From contig CBDEFO010000008.1 in assembly GCA_965237525.1 (NCBI GenBank), positions 1,088,001 to 1,152,000 of the forward strand: a DNA stretch of 64,000 bases, written 5' to 3'. Made by a program: the position numbers and the translations under genes. This document shows positions 9,627-18,707 of the stretch, in pieces (the stretch's first letter is position 1; every line of letters begins with the position of its first letter). The notes beneath the pieces are model-generated. The model had not been told where the DNA came from, searched no databases, and was given only the letters and a program-made list of their open reading frames with translations. This DNA comes from Candidatus Latescibacterota bacterium (GTDB lineage Bacteria; Latescibacterota; CBDEFO01).

Positions 9627-10697
9627 ATGAATATGAAGAGGTTAGTGGAGATTCTGAAGCACAACATAAAAGAAAGTAGACAGCAAACAGTAGACAGCAT
9701 ACAGGGATGGGGAGCAATGTCCTATCTCTCCCGATTGAGTCTATCGGGGATCCGGGCTACTACCTACTGTCTACTGCTTTTCGGCATAGCCCTGTCCATC
9801 TCTGCGCTACTTGCAAGGGGAGTTTGGGCACAGGAGGTAAACGACAAGGTCGGAACCACAGGATTCAACTTTCTGAAGATAGACAACTCTGCGCGGTCGG
9901 CGGCGTTTGGAAGCGCCTTTACGGCTGTGGCTGAGGACATAAACTCTATAGTGTGGAATCCCGGGGCTATGGCTACAATAGAAAACGGGATGGCTACGGC
10001 CTCGTTTACGAATTATCTGGTGGACACTCAGTCGGGCTTTGTGGGCCTGGCATTTCCTCTCGAGAACAGGGCCACGTTCGGAATAGGGATAAGTTATATA
10101 TCGTATGGGACGTTGGACAAGACGGATGAGAATGGGAGCGTGATAGGAGATTTCGGAGCGGGTGATCTGGCGGCTCGCCTTTCTTATTCAAGATTCACCA
10201 CCGACAAGGTATCTGTTGGAGGTAATTTGAAGTTTATCTTTTCAAGAATAGATGAGTTTTCGTCGGACGCTTACGCCCTGGATCTGGGTATATTCATAAG
10301 GCCCCGCGAAAGGACGACTTTAGGGGCTTCGATTCTAAATCTGGGCTTCGTCAGGAGCGGATTTTCCGAAGATTTCAAGGATAGTCTGCCTGTAAACTTG
10401 AAGATAGGTATCACCCACAAGCCTGAACATCTTCCACTGATGATCGTTATAGACTTAAATCTACCTAACGATAACGACCCTTACTTTTCCATAGGCGGCG
10501 AGTTTGAAATTTCACAGAACTTTATTATACGTCCGGGATACAGCTCTGTCTCGAACGGCCTGGAAACAAGCGAAGGAGCTGGAATATCAGTCGGAGCAGG
10601 CTTTCTGGTGGACAGGTATAGATTCGATTACGCCTTCAGTTCGTTTGCGGACTTGGGAGAAGTTCACAGGTTCTCTCTGACAGGAGAATTTAAATAG
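9627..10697 (+). CDS. PorV/PorQ-family outer-membrane beta-barrel protein
   Basis: GTTGFNFLKI...ARSAAFGSAFTAVAEDINSIVWNPGA, C-term FDYAF...HRFSL; RBS AGAGGAG before ATG 9627; signal peptide ends VWA-QE. Confidence 0.8.
   Translation: MNMKRLVEILKHNIKESRQQTVDSIQGWGAMSYLSRLSLSGIRATTYCLLLFGIALSISALLARGVWAQEVNDKVGTTGFNFLKIDNSARSAAFGSAFTAVAEDINSIVWNPGAMATIENGMATASFTNYLVDTQSGFVGLAFPLENRATFGIGISYISYGTLDKTDENGSVIGDFGAGDLAARLSYSRFTTDKVSVGGNLKFIFSRIDEFSSDAYALDLGIFIRPRERTTLGASILNLGFVRSGFSEDFKDSLPVNLKIGITHKPEHLPLMIVIDLNLPNDNDPYFSIGGEFEISQNFIIRPGYSSVSNGLETSEGAGISVGAGFLVDRYRFDYAFSSFADLGEVHRFSLTGEFK
9676..9777. repeat. GTAGACAG-family repeat with embedded palindrome (9730-9749), inside the PorV-family CDS
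   Basis: GTAGACAGCAAACAGTAGACAGCATACAGGG...CCCGATTGAGTCTATCGGGG...CTACTGTCTACTG; reverse complement matches intergenic copies near 28026-28055 and 34160-34190. Confidence 0.75.
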
Positions 10698-10704
10698 GTA
10701 AAGA

Positions 10705-10768
10705 GTAGCCGCCGATCCCCCCCGATAGGTTCAATCGGGGGTAGACTCAATCGGGGATTCAATCGGAG
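10705..10768. repeat. Nested palindrome cluster
   Basis: CCCCGATAGGTTCAATCGGGG G TAGACTCAATCGGGG ATTCAATCGGAG. Confidence 0.8.
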
Positions 10769-10921
10769 TTAGACCGGGTTCCTCTTCCCTTCTCCGTACG
10801 TTGTCTACTATTCAGCCATTACGAATGGAATAACCGTCACAACAGGACTGGCCCAGTAAGCTTTCTTATGGCAAGGCTTCAAAATAGGGTTTTGCCAACG
10901 TTTCTTTATGGAGGACAAACT

Positions 10922-11653
10922 GTGGAGTGGTTCAAGACTTTCTTCGGCGAAGATTACCTAAAATTCGATGTGCACGATGATACACGCGGGGAAGTAGATT
11001 TCTTGGAGGCCAAGTTAGATCTTCCCGCATCGGCCAGGATACTTGATCTTTGCTGCGGCTACGGGCGGCACTCGGTGGAACTGGCAAAGAGGGGCTACAA
11101 CGTAACGGGATACGATCTTTCCCCTATTTTGCTCAAAGTAGCAAGGAGAAGGTCCAGAACTGAGCGTGTAGATATTGATCTGATATGTTCTGATATAAGG
11201 AACTTATGGTTTGAGGAAAAGTTCGACGGTATAATAAGTATGTTCACTTCTTTCGGGTATTTTGAAGATGAGTCAGTAGATCTTGACATCTTGAAGCTGA
11301 TGGGCAGGGCCTTAACCCCCGATGGAAAATTGCTGTTAGAGGCGGCCAATAGGGACTTCGTTGTCAAACATTTCTATCCTGTGGAATGGTTCAAGTACGG
11401 CAAGATGGTCGTATTGGAGAGGAGATCGTTCGATATAGTAACAGGGATGTCTAATGTCGAGGTGACAGTTGTGGAGGGAAACCGAGAGAGAAAATATCAG
11501 CATTCTGTCAGGCTCTATTGCTTCACGGAGCTTCAGATGTTGATGAATTCAGCAGGGTTCAGGACTACAGATGTCTGGGGCGACTTTAAGGAAGGTGAAT
11601 ATTCGTGGGATTCTTTGAGTATGATCATTCGTGCAAACAAGGTGCAGGACTAA
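10922..11653 (+). CDS. Class I SAM-dependent methyltransferase
   Basis: ILDLCCGYGRH motif I, MFTSFGYF; GTG start with GGAGGA RBS (ORF track extends to 10868). Confidence 0.9.
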   Translation: MEWFKTFFGEDYLKFDVHDDTRGEVDFLEAKLDLPASARILDLCCGYGRHSVELAKRGYNVTGYDLSPILLKVARRRSRTERVDIDLICSDIRNLWFEEKFDGIISMFTSFGYFEDESVDLDILKLMGRALTPDGKLLLEAANRDFVVKHFYPVEWFKYGKMVVLERRSFDIVTGMSNVEVTVVEGNRERKYQHSVRLYCFTELQMLMNSAGFRTTDVWGDFKEGEYSWDSLSMIIRANKVQD

Positions 11654-11854
11654 ATCTTCCAGATAACAGTGTCTAGCGCTATCGAGTCAGAGGAAGGAGT
11701 CTCGCGAGCTTACTCATCTACAACGAATAGCTAACCACGGGAGGTCCTCCAGAGCCCTTGAACGGAGGTTCTGCGCGCACCAGCTGAGTTCAATATAGCT
11801 TTCGCCTATCCGCCCCCAGCAGCTTTGCGATAGCCGAAGGGAAGGTGACATCTA

Positions 11855-12105
11855 ACCCGATTAATTCATAAACTTGGCGGAGTCATTGCGAGGAGCAAAG
11901 CGGTCCCCGATTGAGTCTATCGGGGAAGCAATCTCAAGGTTTTATAGTGGTCTCCTATGAGAGCCGGAGAGTATTACATCTACCACAGAATCGAGATTGC
12001 TTCGCCTTCGGCTCGCAATGACACCGAAGGTGGTTAAACGGCATAACTATAGTATAATACAATCCCTTAATTAATACACGACCTTTTTTTGTGAATTATT
12101 CGGGC
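11855..12105. mobile_element. MITE copy 1 (251 bp), TA-flanked
   Basis: TIRs ACCCGATTAATTCA / TGAATTATTCGGGC, TA on both sides, near-identical to 13635-13905; internal CGTC-type REP pair with palindrome at 11905-11925. Confidence 0.85.
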
Positions 12106-12147
12106 TAATACTGACAGGTCTGTTTCTTCCGATCTTTAGACTCCTTA

Positions 12148-13150
12148 TGCTCAAGCGGAGAAACAGATGAATTTGTTTAAACTTGGAACATTTTTGGAGG
12201 TCTTTACGCCTTCGATGGTGACTATCTTAGGCGTAATTGTTTATGTCCGGCGTGGGCTGGGGTGGTCGGAAGCGCGGGACCCTGCCGACTCTGACAATCG
12301 TGTGTCTATCCAACGGCATCACTCTGATTTCAGCCCTGTCGCTATCGGTCGTGGCGATCTATCGGTCGTGGTGACGAGCGTGTAGGGTTACTGGGGAGCC
12401 TAATATATCATTTTCCGTAGCCTAATGCGTAGAGATCAGCGGAGCAATCGGTATTCCGCTCTTCCTGTCGTAGGTGCCGTCGGTGACGCTCTACGCCTTC
12501 GGGTTTGCTGAGTCGCTCCAGATCGTGTGCCCAGGAGTACCCATCCAGGTTGTGCCTGCAGTAACGATCGCCGCGCTGACACCGATCTCCACCAAGGGAG
12601 CCAAAATAGCCCTGAAACTACACATATCTACTATGAGGGCCATAGGGCTATCACTCCCATTCTTGGTGGCGGGTTCAAGCGTTCAAGGTAAGACTCACCT
12701 CTTCTGGAGGGTATTTACAGTCTTCCTTCGGGAGGTTCCGGAGATTACGGCTGGCGTGGCCCTGTTCGGAGGACTGAAGCATCCGCAACGATCCGTTCCC
12801 TTTGACACTATTGCTGCTATCACAATCTGTGTCATCGTCTATCCTCCTGCGCCAATCGTCCTGGCGTTCAGCGCGCATATGGATGTTCTCTGACTGACGG
12901 CCTAATTTGGGATGCGCGGCACGCCTTGTTCCAGTTCTGATCTTTCCCGGGCTCTGGACAGCTATCTTTTCCTCATGCAGTGGGAAGAATCTCGGGAGGC
13001 CTAAGTGGTCTTTTTTGGGCCTGGTGCAGCCGGATCCCGCAGAAGAGGTGGCCTTTGTTGAACAGCTTCGAGAGATAGCTAAAGGCTTTTCAAACGTGGT
13101 ATTAGTCAGGAAGTACGGTTGGTTTGTTGGGAATTGGTGTAAGGATCAAG
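12148..13150 (+). pseudogene. Degraded amino-acid permease / SLC12-like cation-chloride cotransporter
   Basis: Fragments KLGTFLEVFTPSMVTILGVIVYVR, GAIGIPLFL, SVTLYAFGFAESL in different frames with stops. Confidence 0.7.
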
Positions 13151-13479
13151 ACGTTCTTACCAAGGTTCATACGCGATATAAATCACCGGGTCTGCCAGCA
13201 AGTTTTCTGCCGCTACGTGTATGTGGCCAGAAAAAGAAAAGGCTTGACTATATTGTGGAGATATATTTATATTGAAGATGGGCAATAGATTCCGTGCGAG
13301 GTTATGCAAAGCTCGGTTTTGAGACATAGAAAGAGCAAGAACTTTTCTTCTGCAGCTTGAATATGAGGCTATGTTTTCGCTTTGAAACATGAGGTCTATC
13401 GGAGGGACAAAAGGTTGTACAATAGCTCTACTGATCGGTATGGCGGCTTTATGGGAGGACTCACAGGGCGCTTTTGGAT

Positions 13480-14060
13480 TACGATAATCTCATTGCCGCT
13501 GTAGCCGAAAGCAGGATCGAAAAGACTGTCTATACTACACCGATGACTGGCACGCGTACTCTTCTCTATCTATCTGTGGTAACCACTTCATGGTTGACAA
13601 AGACAAAGGACAACCCAAAGGTAGAAACCATCTAACCCGATTAATTCAGAAACTTGGTGGAGTCATTGCGAGGAGCAAAGCGGTCCCCGATTGAGTCTAT
13701 CGGGGAAGCAATCTCAAGGTTTTATAGTGGTCTCCTATGAGAGTCGGAGAGTATTACATCTACAACAGTAACCCCCGATTAAATCTATCGGGGGGATTGC
13801 TTCGCCTTCGGCTCGCAATGACACCGAAGGTGGTTAAACGGCATAACTATAATATAATACAATCCCTTAGTTAATACACGACCTTTTTTTGTGAATTATT
13901 CGGGGTAAATGGAATCAAAGGTTCTTGGTCATATCCCAAATGCTTCCATTGCCTTATTGAGATGTCCACGCAATATTTCTATTTCTGCATCAAAGAGACA
14001 GAATAGCAATTCAACAACCAGGATCAGGACCTAGTAGATACCCAGACAGCTTATGAATCA
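13480..14060 (+). pseudogene. IS1595-family transposase remnant interrupted by MITE copy 2
   Basis: YYTDDWHAYSSL...GQPKGRNH|LNGIKGSWSYPK...KETE*QFNNQDQDL matches the IS1595 TDxxxxY...HINxIExxWS...E..YRFN pattern; boundaries approximate. Confidence 0.7.
13635..13905. mobile_element. MITE copy 2 (271 bp), TA target duplication
   Basis: AACCATC-TA-[element]-TA-AATGGA; removing the element and one TA restores AAC CAT CTA AAT GGA; extra palindrome at 13772-13795 relative to copy 1. Confidence 0.88.
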
Positions 14061-14114
14061 ACACTTTCAAGGTGTATCATGTTGTGGCATGAGCATATTC
14101 TAAATAGTTGATAC

Positions 14115-15143
14115 ATGAAACCTAAAACTTACTCAGAATGGTACAAATTCGGCTGGAAGGGCATAACCTTCGACGTTCCGAAAGATTGGAACCTTGGAAG
14201 CGTTACTTCTGATCCTAACAGGAAGAAAGATTCCGGCTATTTGAGACTCGATGACTCCCAGATAGCAAGGGTGGAGGTGGAGTGGAGACCGTCTCAGGAG
14301 GGGATCTCCATTTCACGTTTGGTGTCAAGATACCTCGAGAATCTGGAGAAAAAGGCAAATAAGGTTAGGGCCACTTTCAAAGTCAATAGAAAGGTGGGTC
14401 TGGTAAAGTTCAAGGATGCAGACTTTGATTACGAATGTTTTATCTGGGAGGCAGATTACCGAGCTTACAATTTGGCCATAAAATGCAAAGCATGTGGAAA
14501 GGTCGTGGTTTTGAGGGTACTTTCGCGCTTAGATGATAATGTAGAAAAGGTCGCAGCCAAAATCTTATATTCTTTAGAGGATCACTCAAAAGGAGGACGC
14601 AATTTCTGGGGCATCTATGATCTTGCCTGCCGGGTTCCTGATGACCTGATGTTAGAAGAATATTCCCTGAAATCCGGTCACATCCAATTGGCGTTTGAAA
14701 GGGGAAAAAATTCTTTCAGCGTAGACTGTATAAGCTTAGCTAACATCCTGTTGAAGGGAATCAGCACAATAGAGTGGCATAGCGACTTTTTCAAGAAGAA
14801 GTTGAGAGACCTAAACTGTTCATACAAGGAGATTCAACTTCAGGGACATCCAGGAATTGAGATTTTGGGTGTGCCCAAAAACAGGTGGAAAAGGCTTTTC
14901 AAGCCTCTGCCCTGGGTGGAAAGGAAACCACGCCTATTTTTGAAGGGAAAGACCTGGTACTGTGAGGACTCCAATAAGATATTTGTGGTGCACAACTTCA
15001 CCAGAAACGAGGAAGATTCAAAAGTAGAGGTGATAGAGGTTGGCTGTCATAAGAAGGAAGAGGCGCATCAGCCGGGAGGCGATGCTGTCGTCAAGACCGA
15101 TCAGGAACGACCTGCTGGGGTGGGCAAGGGACTCCCAGGATAA
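14115..15143 (+). CDS. Conserved hypothetical protein, apparently two tandem related domains
   Basis: 342-aa ORF; FGWKGITFDVPKDW...GYLRL repeated as WGIYDLACRVPDDL...GHIQL; 3' end overlaps the PqqD-like gene. Confidence 0.7.
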   Translation: MKPKTYSEWYKFGWKGITFDVPKDWNLGSVTSDPNRKKDSGYLRLDDSQIARVEVEWRPSQEGISISRLVSRYLENLEKKANKVRATFKVNRKVGLVKFKDADFDYECFIWEADYRAYNLAIKCKACGKVVVLRVLSRLDDNVEKVAAKILYSLEDHSKGGRNFWGIYDLACRVPDDLMLEEYSLKSGHIQLAFERGKNSFSVDCISLANILLKGISTIEWHSDFFKKKLRDLNCSYKEIQLQGHPGIEILGVPKNRWKRLFKPLPWVERKPRLFLKGKTWYCEDSNKIFVVHNFTRNEEDSKVEVIEVGCHKKEEAHQPGGDAVVKTDQERPAGVGKGLPG

Positions 15144-15432
15144 TATTGTAGTTACCATCCCCAGACAAAAGGGATGGCAAGCGCGCCTGTTGTCCCTGAT
15201 CTTTCACATTCCCAAGGAGAAGAAGATTGAATTAGATGAGATAGGTTCCCGGGTGTGGGAAATGTCCGACGGGCAGAACACTGTAGAAGACATAATCGAA
15301 GGACTAGGACAAAACTACAAGCTCAACAGGAAAGAATCTGAGGTATCTCTTCTTGCTTATCTCAAGACATTGGGCAAGAAGGGATTAGTGGGATTTATGG
15401 TGGATAAACCGAAGGATAGAAGGGCAACATAA
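15040..15432 (+). CDS. PqqD/RRE-like winged-helix protein
   Basis: ELDEIGSRVWEMSDGQNTVEDIIEGLGQNY...LLAYLKTLGKKGLV is the PqqD-family signature. Confidence 0.8.
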   Translation: MAVIRRKRRISREAMLSSRPIRNDLLGWARDSQDNIVVTIPRQKGWQARLLSLIFHIPKEKKIELDEIGSRVWEMSDGQNTVEDIIEGLGQNYKLNRKESEVSLLAYLKTLGKKGLVGFMVDKPKDRRAT

Positions 15433-15589
15433 AGATCATCTTTTAAGCACAACTATATTGTGTCTATGGCTTCCAGCCTTATTGAACGCTCAAGCGAAGA
15501 TCATCAAAGACGATCTGAAGGAGATAGAGGCGAGCGTAAAGGAGTATAGGACCTGCGCATGGGAAGTGTTGGAGACAGGAGGTAGGCAA

Positions 15590-16057
15590 ATGGTGAAGAT
15601 GGAGGTATGTAAGATAGACTTCGACTCCAAGGGAGAAAAGTTTTGGGTTTTGTTGAGCGATGAGACGAGGAAAACTGGACTCCGCATAAGCATAGGTCAG
15701 GACGCGGCAAGCGCTATCTACTCCCAGCTCAAGGGACAACTTCCTTTCAGACCTCTAACTCACGACCTTCTAAAGCTCATCCTGGATGGTGTCGACGCCG
15801 GGATATCAAAGATTCTGGTGAGCGATCTTAAGGATGGAACTTACTACGCACGGATAACCTTAGAGCATAACGGTACATCCAAAGAGATAGATTCACGCCC
15901 GAGCGACGCTATTGCATTGGCACTGAGGATGGAGGCTCCAATCTACGTATCTGAGGAGGTCCTACAGGAAGCGGGGCAGGACAGCGCTGAATTTGGAATC
16001 GCACCTGATGATGAGCCGTTAGGATCTAGTTATGTTCAGGAGGGAACGGAGGAATAA
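15590..16057 (+). CDS. Bifunctional nuclease (DUF151) family protein, copy 1, without UVR tail
   Basis: RPLTHDLL, YYARITL, IDSRPSDAIALALR; ATG 15590 with AGGAGG RBS. Confidence 0.88.
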   Translation: MVKMEVCKIDFDSKGEKFWVLLSDETRKTGLRISIGQDAASAIYSQLKGQLPFRPLTHDLLKLILDGVDAGISKILVSDLKDGTYYARITLEHNGTSKEIDSRPSDAIALALRMEAPIYVSEEVLQEAGQDSAEFGIAPDDEPLGSSYVQEGTEE

Positions 16058-16220
16058 AGAGGACATGTGAAGGAGAATATCGGTTTTTGGGGAGAAAAAA
16101 AGTGGGAAACGATCCTGTGTGATAGTTTGGGCGTCTAAATTGTAGTAGCGTTGCTTTTTGCGTGAGGACAGGCCAAGGGGTGATTTCGCACCCTGTGCGG
16201 TTAGAGACAGGAGGTAGGCA

Positions 16221-16868
16221 ATGGTAAAAATGGAGGTATTTAATATAAGCTTCAATTCGATGAGCAGAAGTTTTTTGGTCTTGCTGAGCGATGAGACAAG
16301 GGAAAGGGTGCTTCCCATAAGCATAGGTCAGCCTGAAGCGATCGCTATCTACTCTCATCTCAAGGGACAGCTTCCTGCCAGACCCATAACTCACGACCTT
16401 CTAAAGCTCATTCTGGATAGCTTTGGCGCTGATGTTTCAAAGATTCTGGTGAGCGATCTTAGGGGTGGAACTTACTACGCACGGATAACCTTGGAGCACA
16501 ACGGGGCATCCACGGAGATAGATTCACGCCCGAGCGACGCTATTGCATTGGCACTGAGGATGGAGGCTCCAATCTACGTATCTGAGGAGGTCCTACAGGA
16601 GGCGGGGCAGGACAGCGCTGAATTTGGAATTGGACCTGATAATGAACCTTTAGGACCCGGTGATATTGAGGAGGAATTTGGAGCTGAAACAGTAGATGCC
16701 TTCTTAGAACAGGCATCCTCTGCACAGCCCGACACAGATCATGATGATGACATCTCAGCCTTGAGAGCCAAACTCAAGGAAGCCGTAGCCTATGAGGAAT
16801 ACGAAGAAGCAGCCAAGATCAGAGATCAGATTACTCAGCTGACAAAGGAACGGGGGAATTCCTCCTGA
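16221..16868 (+). CDS. Bifunctional nuclease (DUF151) family protein with C-terminal UVR domain, copy 2
   Basis: LPISIGQPEAIAI, RPITHDLL, DSRPSDAIALA; LKEAVAYEEYEEAAKIRDQI UVR motif. Confidence 0.92.
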   Translation: MVKMEVFNISFNSMSRSFLVLLSDETRERVLPISIGQPEAIAIYSHLKGQLPARPITHDLLKLILDSFGADVSKILVSDLRGGTYYARITLEHNGASTEIDSRPSDAIALALRMEAPIYVSEEVLQEAGQDSAEFGIGPDNEPLGPGDIEEEFGAETVDAFLEQASSAQPDTDHDDDISALRAKLKEAVAYEEYEEAAKIRDQITQLTKERGNSS

Positions 16869-16889
16869 TCTCTTGCCCTTCGGCGGCGG

Positions 16890-18707
16890 CTACTCCCATT
16901 CGATAGTTCCGGGCGGCTTGTGTGTTATGTCGTAGTAGACAGCCTCTATCTGTTCTATAGATAGTATGTCTTGAGCTATCCTGATGGCTATGTCCATCGG
17001 CATCTTGCTGAAGGCTGCAGTCATAAAATCGTCTGTGTGAACGGGCCGCATGACTACACTTTCCTTTTCCCCATCCGAGCTGAGAGGTATCAGAACTACA
17101 GGCATCTGGGATATTTGTCTTACAAGACCAGCTTTTTCGATTGCTCTTGTGGCTACATAGTCGGCATCCCTCAAAAGGTCGAGGCGATCCTGGGAAAGGT
17201 AAGTTTCTTTGAGCCCTCCTCTATGTAGTCTATCAGGCTTGAGGAGATATACACAGCGATTGACCTCTTTTATGCTATTTGTGATCGTCGTCGAGATTTT
17301 CTCAAGGGTTTCCCAGTCCGGATCACGGCCTTTGCTTGTAGCCAGCGCCACAGGATGCGCGTAGGTCCTAAAATCGCCCTGTACCCCCACAGTCTTGAGG
17401 GGAAGCACACAGGCCGTAAGGTTAAATCCTTTTGCTATAACTTCTACCCTTTGGTCTATCTCTTTGATATTTCCTCTATCTTCTTCCCGTCCATTCCAGC
17501 ATAACGTCCGCACAGCCAGGCCTGGTCCGGGGAAAGGATGTCTCCAGATGAGGCTTTGAGGGAGGTTCAGGCCTATCCCAACCTGTCTTACTTCGTTTTT
17601 GTATAGGTTCGACAGGGGTTCTATGACCCGTCCCTGTACGATGAGGCTTTGTATGGCATCCGTGCGATTGTGATGGGTCTTTATGACTGAAGAGGCCGCT
17701 GTCGCTCCTGCTTCGATAGTATCCGTATATAAAGTGCCCTGTCCGAGAATCCATTTTTCAGAATCGAGATTAAGTTTTCGTATAGCCTTTTCTCTTATCG
17801 CAACGAATTTGTCCCCTATTATCTTCCTTTTCTCCTCGGGATCCACAACTCTCCCAAGAGCATCAAGGAACTCCTTTGAGGCGTCTACAACTTTGAAATT
17901 GCCCATTTTCTGCTCTTTCAACGTCTTCTCCACAAGCTGTGTCTCACCCCTTCTCATAAATCCGTTGTCTATGTGGAGCCCCAACACGCGGTCTGATCCG
18001 AGGGCTTTGTTTAAAAGCGCGAACGCAACGGTAGAATCTACCCCGCCGCTTACAAAGAGGAAGACGTTCCTTGTCCCCACCTTATCTTTTATGTCCTGGA
18101 TAGCGCTGTCTATATAGTTGGACGGCGTCCAGTCCCTCCGGCATCCGCAGAGTGTAAGAAAGTTATCCAGGATCTTCATCCCGCCGGGCGTGTGTGTAAC
18201 CTCGGGATGAAACTGTATAGCGTATATCTTTCTTATAGGGTCTTCTATCGCCGCTTGTGGACAGTCGGCTGTGCAAGCTATTGTTCTGAAGCCCGGGGGG
18301 AGTGCCACAACAGAGTCTCCGTGGCTCATCCAGACCCTTTCCTTGCCTCCAAGCCCCCTAAAGATTGTTGAGCAGGACGTGATCAGAAGCTCGGCAGGGC
18401 CATATTCCTTCTTGTCTTTGGTCTCTACCTTACCTCCCAGATGTTGCGACAGTAGTTGATGTCCGTAGCAAATTCCGAGGATGGGCTTTCCGAGGCTGAA
18501 GATTTCGGGATTGTATCGGGGCTGGTCGGGGTCGTAGACGCTTGCGGGCCCCCCTGAAAGGATTATACCTTTTGCATCTTCTATCTCTCCGGTAGGAGAT
18601 GCAGGAGACTTTATCTGGGAGTGGACGTTGAGTCTCCTTATCCTGTTGGCAATCAGGTGTGCGTATTGACCCCCGAAGTCCAGGACTATTATCTTTTCTC
18701 TTTTCAT
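16890..18707 (-). CDS. guaA: GMP synthase (glutamine-hydrolysing), long form
   Basis: LDFGGQY, GICYGHQ, QFHPEV, SGGVDS, RHPFPGPGL, KPPGTIEWE. Confidence 0.96.
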   Translation of the reverse strand: MKREKIIVLDFGGQYAHLIANRIRRLNVHSQIKSPASPTGEIEDAKGIILSGGPASVYDPDQPRYNPEIFSLGKPILGICYGHQLLSQHLGGKVETKDKKEYGPAELLITSCSTIFRGLGGKERVWMSHGDSVVALPPGFRTIACTADCPQAAIEDPIRKIYAIQFHPEVTHTPGGMKILDNFLTLCGCRRDWTPSNYIDSAIQDIKDKVGTRNVFLFVSGGVDSTVAFALLNKALGSDRVLGLHIDNGFMRRGETQLVEKTLKEQKMGNFKVVDASKEFLDALGRVVDPEEKRKIIGDKFVAIREKAIRKLNLDSEKWILGQGTLYTDTIEAGATAASSVIKTHHNRTDAIQSLIVQGRVIEPLSNLYKNEVRQVGIGLNLPQSLIWRHPFPGPGLAVRTLCWNGREEDRGNIKEIDQRVEVIAKGFNLTACVLPLKTVGVQGDFRTYAHPVALATSKGRDPDWETLEKISTTITNSIKEVNRCVYLLKPDRLHRGGLKETYLSQDRLDLLRDADYVATRAIEKAGLVRQISQMPVVLIPLSSDGEKESVVMRPVHTDDFMTAAFSKMPMDIAIRIAQDILSIEQIEAVYYDITHKPPGTIEWE

